Positions 1-7,487 of a stretch of 64,000 nt of DNA are shown piece after piece. Below the pieces are notes generated by a model that was not told the DNA's origin, ran no database searches, and saw nothing but the letters and a program-made list of their open reading frames with translations. Every line of letters begins with the position of its first letter. The first letter of the stretch is position 1. The stretch covers positions 33,821 through 97,820 of the forward strand of contig JBJHBT010000013.1 in the NCBI GenBank assembly GCA_050485645.1, given 5' to 3'. The translations under genes were made by a program, and so were the position numbers. Source of the DNA: Gammaproteobacteria bacterium (GTDB lineage Bacteria; Pseudomonadota; Gammaproteobacteria; Steroidobacterales; Rariloculaceae).

Positions 1-1
1 A

Positions 2-157
2 CTGGGCATCGTGGGGTCGGTGTTCGGCAACCGTCGTTACAACAGGAACCTGAACCGATTGGCCTTGCGCGGGTGAACCAAGCTGGATGGCCAGTGGAAG
101 CTGCTCGCGCTGGTGCACAAGATCGGGAAGCTGGCGAAACATTGCAAAGTGACTTGA
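2..157 (+). pseudogene. IS1182/IS5-like DDE transposase, decayed 3'-terminal fragment (runs off left edge)
   Basis: Frame 2 reads LGIVGSVFGNRRYNRNLNRLALRG*TKLDGQWKLLALVHKIGKLAKHCKVT*. From memory this resembles the conserved C-terminal block ..EPVFGNI...RF.LRG..KV..QW.L.C.VHNI.K.. There is an in-frame TGA at 74-76 and Gly where the conserved Glu is expected. Confidence 0.6.
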
Positions 158-178
158 GAGAGCACGGCCCGGACTTCT

Positions 179-212
179 TCAACACTCAGATCAGCGGCAC
201 GGCAAAACGGTG
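179..212. repeat. Copy A of a dispersed direct repeat (20 nt perfect, about 34 nt imperfect); partner at 10455-10489
   Basis: TCAACACTCAGATCAGCGGC is identical at 179-198 and 10455-10474. In both copies GCAAAACG and GTG follow after 3 nt. Copy A lies 22 nt after the transposase-fragment stop. Confidence 0.9.
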
Positions 213-311
213 CGCAGTGTGCTCTTCTTCTCACCCCGTGCGTGACTTTTCAGCATGCCGGTCTCCGTGCGGTTATGCGGGGCTTGACTTGGTGCAGTCA
301 GCGCCGCGCGT

Positions 312-1520
312 TCAGTCTTGCGTAGCTTTCGAGAATCCATGTTCATTCAGCCAGCTGACCACCGTCTGAGCGAGCTGTTCGGGCACATCACATGTGCCGA
401 GCATTATCATCTCCATCATTTCCGTCACGGAGCCGGTCTCAGCGAGACACATATTGTGGTCAGTATCCTCCAATACATTGGGCGAAAAGCTTGCGCCGAT
501 ATTCCGACCTACTGCTTCTCCAAGAACTTCTATGCTCGCTTCCCAGTCGACCAGCGAATCCCTGGCGCCATATATTGCAAGGACCGGAATGGTTACGCTC
601 GATAGGAAAAGTCGGTTGCTAACCAGGTAGGAACGCGAGGTTTGCACGCGTCGATACCCATCGGGTGTTAGTCTGAGATTGCCGCCCAACGATTCGAGCT
701 GCCGAAAGAACGGATGATCAATGAGCGACTCTATGACGCGCGTGTAGTGGTCATAGTTTGCGCCTGCGATCGCCATTGTCTGCGCGCGTCTGTATTGGTA
801 TGTAAGGTGAACCACTTCCTCGTCCGGATAACCTTCCAATAGAAGATTGGTTCGCACAAGGTATACCGCCTGATCCGTCATATCCGTACCAGGAGCGCTG
901 AGTAAGACGATGAACGCCAATTGCTCTGATCGGGCTGCCGCTATAGAGGCGACCCACGAGCCTTGGCTGAGCGCCAGGACGCCGATGCGCGTGATATCGA
1001 TATCATTGCGATTACGAATACGCGCTATGGCTACATCCAACTCTTCGGCCCGCTGGTACAGATCCGGGATTACGTCGATGTCACCATCGCTGCAGCCGGA
1101 ACCCGGAGTGTCCCATGTGACAAAGGCGATTCCTTGATTGCGGAATACCTGCCGGAGTCCGCCGATGGTCGTTCCCGACATAACATTCGTCGGCAAGCTT
1201 CCATTCACCATCAGGACTGCCGGGACAGGATCGGTTGAGTCGGGGCGATCGATATATCCTCGTATCTGAACGTCGTTCACCGCAAACTGGAATGGCTCCG
1301 TGCCAGAAGGCACGCGGCACTGTGCGTCGTCGTCGGCAACTGGTTGTGCTAGAGCCGTCGTCGCTATATTGGCGCATAGCACGAAGCCGATGCATGAGCG
1401 CCTCACGATTGCGGAGAGATGTCGCACACCAATGCTCCTTTGCGTCAACTTCGCCGACGGCTCGGCTCCCGACCGCCCCGCACAACGCCACGTTGAGCTG
1501 CGAGCCTCGGTGGCGAGCAT
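312..1520 (-). CDS. Exported alpha/beta-fold hydrolase
   Basis: Nucleophile elbow LSQGS, a later GARDS Asp and DTDHN His give a Ser-Asp-His order. Hydrophobic N-terminal signal/anchor (CIGFVLCANIATTALAQP). Start is uncertain; the ORF extends to 1580. Confidence 0.75.
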   Translation of the reverse strand: MLATEARSSTWRCAGRSGAEPSAKLTQRSIGVRHLSAIVRRSCIGFVLCANIATTALAQPVADDDAQCRVPSGTEPFQFAVNDVQIRGYIDRPDSTDPVPAVLMVNGSLPTNVMSGTTIGGLRQVFRNQGIAFVTWDTPGSGCSDGDIDVIPDLYQRAEELDVAIARIRNRNDIDITRIGVLALSQGSWVASIAAARSEQLAFIVLLSAPGTDMTDQAVYLVRTNLLLEGYPDEEVVHLTYQYRRAQTMAIAGANYDHYTRVIESLIDHPFFRQLESLGGNLRLTPDGYRRVQTSRSYLVSNRLFLSSVTIPVLAIYGARDSLVDWEASIEVLGEAVGRNIGASFSPNVLEDTDHNMCLAETGSVTEMMEMIMLGTCDVPEQLAQTVVSWLNEHGFSKATQD

Positions 1521-2118
1521 CCTTCTCTTCTTGATTTCGCAATGCCTGCCACTGAGGGCTGTCGGCTGTGGTGATGTCATGCGAGGCTTCGCAGCACGAA
1601 TCCCTTCTCGTACTACTTAACCGCAGGAAATGCTACCGTAGTCATACTCTCTCATCCACTCGTACTGTGAGGCTAGCCATGGCTGGACAGTGGTATGGGT
1701 CGATTCCCGTCATCGAATGCGCTCCCTTGCCCCGCTGCGCATCTCCTCGTCATGGGGTTGTATCTCGGTATGGCGATTGCGCTGATCACTTATTCGGTTG
1801 GGCGAGTGATTTCTAGCCTGGATGTATAGCGGAACGTGAGAAGCACCGATGTACCGAGCTGGCGGAAGCGTTCTGCGAGCAACTACAGCATGCATCTGCG
1901 AGCAAGCATGATTGACTGGCGAGGTCCGAGGGGTGAGTGATGACCCCGGAGGTTCGAAGACTCAGTTCATCTGATAACTTCCGGCATTGTTTGGCTGTCG
2001 TGGTATTGGAATTCGGTAGGACATTGCTGGTATTCTCGCCGAGTCGACCTGGTACAGATTAACCGCCGTTGTCGGACACGATTCATTCCGGCAATAGCGT
2101 GTGCAGAGGAGATGCAAG

Positions 2119-2802
2119 ATGAAGATGCGCGCCTTTGTCGCAGTCTGTCTGTTGACCACACTATCCTTCAGCCAGTCATCCGAAGGGCAGCCTGCAGTTT
2201 CCCGCGCGCTTCAATCGGGTGATGTACAGCACTGGGGTCCGACACGCATCACCTATGCCTACGAACTGCCAGAACCTGTCGGGATCGTCGAACTGACGTT
2301 CAGCTTCACACCCGCAGAACGTTTACCTCCGGGCGGGTCTCGGACGTTGAGTTCGGCGCGCATCACCTACGGCGACTACGGTGCGGTGGATCTGCCAGGA
2401 CTGCTTCTGTCGTGCCTGCGTTCACCCAGGACGAAAGAAGCAAGCGTTTCAACCGTTTACATCGAACGGCAAGCTGAAACCGACGAGGACTCCGACTGGT
2501 TCTCGAGGTTCACCACCTATGTGAACATCCCGTTCGGACCGGTCAGGCCGGCGTATATGGAAGACGACATGGACGTACTGATACCCGGCAGCGTGGAGTT
2601 CGCAATCACTGGCGATGAACTCCGCCGCATTGCGTTCATCAGAGCGTCCGGAGAACGGCGTGTCCTCCAATACGAGGGCGTCATCGATTCCTGCCCGGTT
2701 GAGATCTTTGGCTGGATGATGGGGCAGGCTCGCCCGGATGGTAGCCTCCACAGTTTCGTTCAAGAACGGCCACCATCGAACGCGGCGCTACGCCTCGCTT
2801 GA
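2119..2802 (+). CDS. Secreted hypothetical protein (no domain recognised)
   Basis: AGGAGA 7 nt before ATG 2119. Signal peptide MKMRAFVAVCLLTTLSFSQS. The 3' end overlaps the convergent DUF1428 gene by 15 nt. Confidence 0.6.
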   Translation: MKMRAFVAVCLLTTLSFSQSSEGQPAVSRALQSGDVQHWGPTRITYAYELPEPVGIVELTFSFTPAERLPPGGSRTLSSARITYGDYGAVDLPGLLLSCLRSPRTKEASVSTVYIERQAETDEDSDWFSRFTTYVNIPFGPVRPAYMEDDMDVLIPGSVEFAITGDELRRIAFIRASGERRVLQYEGVIDSCPVEIFGWMMGQARPDGSLHSFVQERPPSNAALRLA

Positions 2803-3195
2803 TTCATCCAGCATGGGCTTGAAACCTGCCGCAATGAGGCGTCGTCCATCGAATGCGGACGGCTGATCCTGAAACTGCATGCGCGGATCGCTCGTTAACT
2901 TTTCCATTCCTGCGTCCCTCGTAGCCTTGTCTGGCCATTCAACGTAGGACAACACAACCGTCTCGTGCTTGCCTGCACCTGCAGCCATTTGGAAGCTCCC
3001 GTACTCCCTGGATTCGAGTCTTGCCTCTTCGCCGTGGTACGACGATGCGTCCGGACCAGACTCATCCAACCAGCACTCGACGACGCGCAGCGCACCACAC
3101 TCCTTCACTACCTGCGCAGACACTCGTGCCAGTTCTTCATACGCAGCCTTGTTCTCACGCGGAACCGGAGCGAGATAACAGTCTATATAGATCAT
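2788..3195 (-). CDS. DUF1428-family protein (YbaA-like)
   Basis: From the internal ATG the protein reads MIYIDCYLAPVPRENKAAYEELAR..., the typical DUF1428 N-terminus and length (about 135 aa). The 24 upstream codons cover a tandem repeat and are probably not translated. Confidence 0.75.
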   Translation of the reverse strand: MIYIDCYLAPVPRENKAAYEELARVSAQVVKECGALRVVECWLDESGPDASSYHGEEARLESREYGSFQMAAGAGKHETVVLSYVEWPDKATRDAGMEKLTSDPRMQFQDQPSAFDGRRLIAAGFKPMLDESSEA

Positions 3196-3210
3196 GAAGC
3201 TGTCTCCACG

Positions 3211-3240
3211 TTGCGTAACGTTGCGTAACGTTGCGTTATG
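3211..3240. repeat. 10-bp tandem repeat x3 (TTGCGTAACG, TTGCGTAACG, TTGCGTTATG)
   Basis: Read directly from the sequence. It lies 16-45 nt upstream of the DUF1428 start codon on the minus strand. Confidence 0.9.
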
Positions 3241-3551
3241 CTGCGATCTGTTCTTGAATCGTCGCAACCGGCTCTTGCACCTGAAGTTCAGTGTTCGGTG
3301 ATGCCGGTTCCCGCTCTTGAGCGTTAGCGCGCCCTGCGATTGTAGTCAGAAAGATCAGCACGCCGCCAACGTGATGCTTCTGGCGTGGTCCAGATACTCT
3401 GCTCATATCGATGCCCTCCTGCCTTCTGAGTGGACCCTAAAGCTGCCAGAGCTTCAAGCCTATTTCCGGGCGGTGCCTCGGGTCCTCCAAACGCCGTGCG
3501 ATTTCCAACTGCCGCAGCTTTCACCGCTCAACGCAATCTCGTCACCAATTA

Positions 3552-3932
3552 CTATAAAGCGTCACCGTAGGGAAGAGCACTCGACGAGAGAAGCCGATAA
3601 CACTCCCGTGGATGCCAGCGCCGTCTGGCGATTCTTGCGCGAACGTACTCTCTGTAATCCTTCGGTTCCGGCACTGCGGCGCGTCGATGACGCGATTTGT
3701 TGCAAAAGATGCAAGCTGCCACGATATTGCTGTGCCTGTCAGAGCCGCCGTCAGCGCGAGACTGTAAGTGCTCTGCCGTGCATCTCAGTCGCGAGGCCAG
3801 TTTGCCCGGAAGGCTATGTGCCGAGGCGAACAATGCGAAATTCGTTAACCACATTGGAAACGCGCAGTAGTAGCAACGACCTGCCTGCCGGCGAAACGCG
3901 CTCTTTCTTGCTAACTTGATTGACTGGGACAT
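3552..3932 (-). CDS. Small stand-alone HNH endonuclease
   Basis: CYYC ... AEHLQSRADGG ... NIVAACIFCNKSRH gives the CxxC / H-N-H / CxxCN zinc-finger nuclease layout. AAGGAG lies 7 nt upstream of ATG 3932. Confidence 0.8.
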   Translation of the reverse strand: MSQSIKLARKSAFRRQAGRCYYCAFPMWLTNFALFASAHSLPGKLASRLRCTAEHLQSRADGGSDRHSNIVAACIFCNKSRHRRAAVPEPKDYREYVRARIARRRWHPRECYRLLSSSALPYGDAL

Positions 3933-4238
3933 AACTGAACTCCTTTTGTCTAGAAGCCCGGTCGTCCCTACTGGGATCGGCACGGTAGGCGCCCGATTCT
4001 TCGGTCCGCCCGTTACGCGATCCTCTTATGAGTAGCCGCGAGGACATTTATAGCAGGTTTCGAGTATAGCTCAACCGCCAGATTTCACATATTCGGAACG
4101 TGGAGCGAGAAGCGCAGTCACCCACGTCCGCCTACGTCCGGTACTGATCCTCGCGCGTTACGCGTATAAAGCCGAGTTATGCAGCGCCATGACTTGACGC
4201 TTCTGCTCCTCGTTGACCACGACATTCGACCGTTGAAG

Positions 4239-5366
4239 TCATTCCGGCGGGTCGCGAACCACGACGGGCCTCACCTTGCTGAGAAGCGCGTCGAGAAAAA
4301 GGTCGGGCTCGGCAAGCATCACGTTGTGACCGGCGCCGGGGATAACGATGACCTCCTTGTGAGGCGCCGTGATCGCTGCAGCGTAGTCCTCGACCACCGA
4401 TGCCGGCGTGCGAAAGTCGGCTTCGCCCGCGATGAAGAACACGGGGATTTCGAACGTCGTGAAGCTGGACGCGTCGAACGCTTCGCCGCCGGAAGAGTCG
4501 CCGGCAGAGTCGTCGAAAAGAAGAACGCGATTGGAGAAGACGGCACCTTTGGTGTTGGCGTCCAGGTCTTCGAGGGTCATGTCCGGGGAGATCAGCGCCG
4601 CGCGGACGGCCCGCCACTCGTGAGCGCGGCTGTCCCCTCTGGGCAGGTAGGAGAGCGCGACGCGGGTGACGGCGGCGCGGTCGGCGTCGGTTGGCGGGGC
4701 CCCGATGCCCCGCAAGATTCCGAGCGATGCCTCGTCACCGGCGGTGCGAGCGAGCTCGACCAGTGTGTCGTAGATGGCCCATCGTACGCGGTCGTCCTGC
4801 GTATCCCACACCGGCTGCGCCGTGCCAACGTAGGCGGAGAAGAGGTCGGGGCGGGCCTGCGCCATGCCGATTCCGAGCGCGGCACCCCAGGACATGCCGA
4901 GCAGCGCAATCTTGTCCTTCTGCAGATGCTCGCGCAGGTACTCGGCGACCTCGTAGCCGTCCTCGATCATGCGGCCGACGCTCATGTCCGGCGTCGATTG
5001 CCGATAACGCACGAAGGTCTTACCCGCGCCGCGCTGATCCCAATGCACGATCGTGAAGTGCGCTTCCCAGGGCCGAAGCCAGGCGGCCACCGGCGTCGTG
5101 GGGAGGCCCGGGCCGCCGTGGAGGATGAGGATCACGGGATTGTCGCGGTCCTCGCCGCGGATCGAGACCCATTGCTCGATACCACCAATCTCGACATACC
5201 TCCCTTCCTGGAGGCCGTTGGGCGTCGTGATCGCCATGTCGCTTGCGACTTGCTGCTGAAGATATGCGCGGTAGCCGAGGAGCGCCGCGCCGAGGATGCC
5301 GAACACGATTGCGGGCACTGCCACCCACCACAGTAGAATGGTTCTCGCGTGCTTCCCAGGCTTCAT
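4239..5366 (-). CDS. Membrane-anchored alpha/beta hydrolase (proline-iminopeptidase-like)
   Basis: N-terminal TM segment ILLWWVAVPAIVFGILGAALLG, oxyanion HGGPG, nucleophile elbow GMSWG, C-terminal GAGHN. Confidence 0.8.
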   Translation of the reverse strand: MKPGKHARTILLWWVAVPAIVFGILGAALLGYRAYLQQQVASDMAITTPNGLQEGRYVEIGGIEQWVSIRGEDRDNPVILILHGGPGLPTTPVAAWLRPWEAHFTIVHWDQRGAGKTFVRYRQSTPDMSVGRMIEDGYEVAEYLREHLQKDKIALLGMSWGAALGIGMAQARPDLFSAYVGTAQPVWDTQDDRVRWAIYDTLVELARTAGDEASLGILRGIGAPPTDADRAAVTRVALSYLPRGDSRAHEWRAVRAALISPDMTLEDLDANTKGAVFSNRVLLFDDSAGDSSGGEAFDASSFTTFEIPVFFIAGEADFRTPASVVEDYAAAITAPHKEVIVIPGAGHNVMLAEPDLFLDALLSKVRPVVVRDPPE

Positions 5367-5435
5367 GGGCGCTTCCCTTGGCCTGCGGCGTGATCGACGG
5401 CGCCCCAAGTACGGTCGCGCGCACCGGATCGAGCG

Positions 5436-6017
5436 TCAGGTCGTCGCATCGGTAGCGCGTCTTGCGGAAGCTGCTCCCGCTTCCGACCGCGTCCGCTGAT
5501 CCTCCGTCCTGTGGCCACCCTTCCTCGCGAGCATGAACAAGACGACGAAGATGCCGAAAGGCACGAGTGCAAGCAGCTGCCACCAGCCGCTTTCGCCCGT
5601 GTCATGGAGCCTGCGTGTTCCCACCGCGAGAAAGGGTAGTACAACGATCAGGCCGACCAGCTGGTAGAGGTTCGGGTGAAGAACGCTGGCAACGGCCATC
5701 AGGAGCAACACGAACACGAAGAACCACCAGTATTCCGCTCGGCTCGCGGTGCCGGAAAAGTTGGCGAATTCCGTGAAGCCGTTTCTGACGGCGTCGAGCG
5801 GTGTCATCTGCGCGGCAGCCCGCGTTTCCATGATGAGCTCGTCCGCGTCGATCTCGAAAACGGCAGCCAGAGCCCGGACCGACTCCATAGAGCCCTTGCC
5901 GGTAGCCTCCAGGCGCTGAATCGTTCTCGGGTTGAGTCCGCAGGCCTCGGCCAGCTGGTCCTGAGACCAGTGTCTCCCGGTGCGCAATCTTTTTACCAAT
6001 TCGGCGTCGATCTTCAT
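5436..6017 (-). CDS. XRE-type HTH domain fused to a DUF805 membrane domain
   Basis: N-terminus LRTGRHWSQDQLAEACGLNPRTIQRLE is a Cro/C1-type HTH. C-terminus has GTASRAEYWWFF..., TM helices and RRLHDTGESGWW, the DUF805 signature. Confidence 0.8.
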   Translation of the reverse strand: MKIDAELVKRLRTGRHWSQDQLAEACGLNPRTIQRLEATGKGSMESVRALAAVFEIDADELIMETRAAAQMTPLDAVRNGFTEFANFSGTASRAEYWWFFVFVLLLMAVASVLHPNLYQLVGLIVVLPFLAVGTRRLHDTGESGWWQLLALVPFGIFVVLFMLARKGGHRTEDQRTRSEAGAASARRATDATT

Positions 6018-6197
6018 TTGCTGCTCTCAGCGACGGTCTGGAGACTCCAACGATAGCCCAAACCTGGCTGGCAACGTCACGACAGTGCGGCGACACCAGC
6101 ACGACAGGAGACCGGCACTGGCGTGATAGCGTCGCGCAGGCCCTGAAGCTTACTCTCGACCGGCCAGAAGAGCGGTCACGATACCGTTGATGGGCAT

Positions 6198-6416
6198 CTA
6201 CTCGCGAAACTGCTCGACGAACGCCTGCGCGACTGTCCTAGTCCGCCTGATGTTATCCGGCTGGCTACACCATCTTTCGGTGTTCAGGACGGCGATCCAA
6301 GACGCTACCTGTTCAGCTTCCAGTCTGCTTATACATTCGACAGGGGCTCCGTAGGGCCCCCAACGACGCTTCTCGTCGTTCGGCATTACCAACAGGTGCC
6401 CATGAATAAACGACAA
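6198..6416 (-). CDS. Small hypothetical ORF (weak)
   Basis: Only ORF in a 715-nt gap. Third-position G+C (about 65% by hand count) is above the local background. TTG start with the first ATG 10 codons in. No domain recognised. Confidence 0.25.
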   Translation of the reverse strand: MSFIHGHLLVMPNDEKRRWGPYGAPVECISRLEAEQVASWIAVLNTERWCSQPDNIRRTRTVAQAFVEQFRE

Positions 6417-6747
6417 AGATACTCAACCAACAAGTGGATAATTCAATGCCGGGCTCGGGGGCAACGGCAGACTTGGGCCGAATCCGGTCTTTCATATGAC
6501 AGTACCACTCTCGGCAGAATACGGCGCCTTCACCTGCATGTCCTCGGCGGGACAGCGCACTTCGTTGACAGGTTCGAATACGCCGACATAGTATGCCGGA
6601 GGGCCGGTGCCGCCCGCCGCTTGCGCCTTTTTCGGGCTTGGTGAACGCACCACTTTACATACAACGCGATCCTTAATGCTTGTGCGAACTGATCAGCAAA
6701 GCAAGCGCTGATAGTCGACCGTTCGCCATGTAGTGAGGGTTTCAGAT

Positions 6748-7341
6748 ATGCGCTCATACACCGAAGCCAAGGCAATGGCCAGATCGCTTCGCGATGCTTT
6801 AGCTGCGCGCCGTTTCTCGCTGTCTCATAGCGAGTGTCTGGAGATCGTTGCACGACAATTCGGCTTTCAGAGTTGGAACATCTTGTCGTCGAAAATAGAT
6901 CTTGATACCGGTGCCCGCAAGCCTTCGGCAGAGACGGCTGGTATTGCATTTCAGCCAGCAATCCCGGTCATTGGTGTCCTTTCGGCGCAACAGGCAACCG
7001 ATTTCTACATTTCCTTTCTCGGCTTTGCCTTCGACTGGGGCGAGCCTCATCCTGCGCGTCCGATGTGTGCGCAGATCTCGCGATCTGGTGTCACCATCCA
7101 TTTGAATGAGCACGCCGATTCGTCTGGCAGCGAGATTCTTATCCGCATGAACGGGCTCGAAGCATTCCATAACGAGCTGTCCACGAAGCGCTCGCATCAG
7201 TCGCCCGCGCGCATCCACGCTGCGCCGGATGACAGACAGGAGCTCCACGTAACCGATCCGTTTGGCAACAGGTTGCGGTTCAGTCAGAACAATCCGCCCG
7301 GCGTGGCCAACGCGATAAACACGGGGGACGAAAGCGGCTGA
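6748..7341 (+). CDS. Glyoxalase/bleomycin-resistance-fold protein with a helical N-terminal domain
   Basis: GAGGGT lies 8 nt before ATG 6748. The N-terminal block AKAMARSLRDAL...LSHSECLEIVARQFGFQSWNIL recurs in 'glyoxalase superfamily protein' entries (from memory). The C-terminal half (FYISFLGF...DPFGNRLRF) is a VOC/bleomycin-resistance fold. Confidence 0.7.
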   Translation: MRSYTEAKAMARSLRDALAARRFSLSHSECLEIVARQFGFQSWNILSSKIDLDTGARKPSAETAGIAFQPAIPVIGVLSAQQATDFYISFLGFAFDWGEPHPARPMCAQISRSGVTIHLNEHADSSGSEILIRMNGLEAFHNELSTKRSHQSPARIHAAPDDRQELHVTDPFGNRLRFSQNNPPGVANAINTGDESG

Positions 7342-7487
7342 CGCCGCCAGGTATCGTGCGGCTGTGGCAGCGTGATGTTAAACGCCGCTGCGTTCACTCA
7401 CCGCTGCCTCGAGCAACTCGAAAGTCTGATTAGGCACATTGATTCGCGCTCGACATCCAATAGGTATCGTCCTCGCGCCGGCAAAGC

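Noticed and set aside
74-76. The in-frame TGA in the transposase fragment considered as selenocysteine or programmed recoding.
   Set aside because: The surrounding sequence also shows loss of conserved residues. I saw no SECIS-like hairpin and the gene is otherwise decayed. Pseudogenisation is the simpler reading.
1940-1965. GGTTCGAA-containing stretches (also near 6566-6580 and 21950-21965) considered as tRNA T-arms.
   Set aside because: The flanks do not form the 5-bp T-stem, acceptor stem or anticodon arm. No cloverleaf can be drawn.
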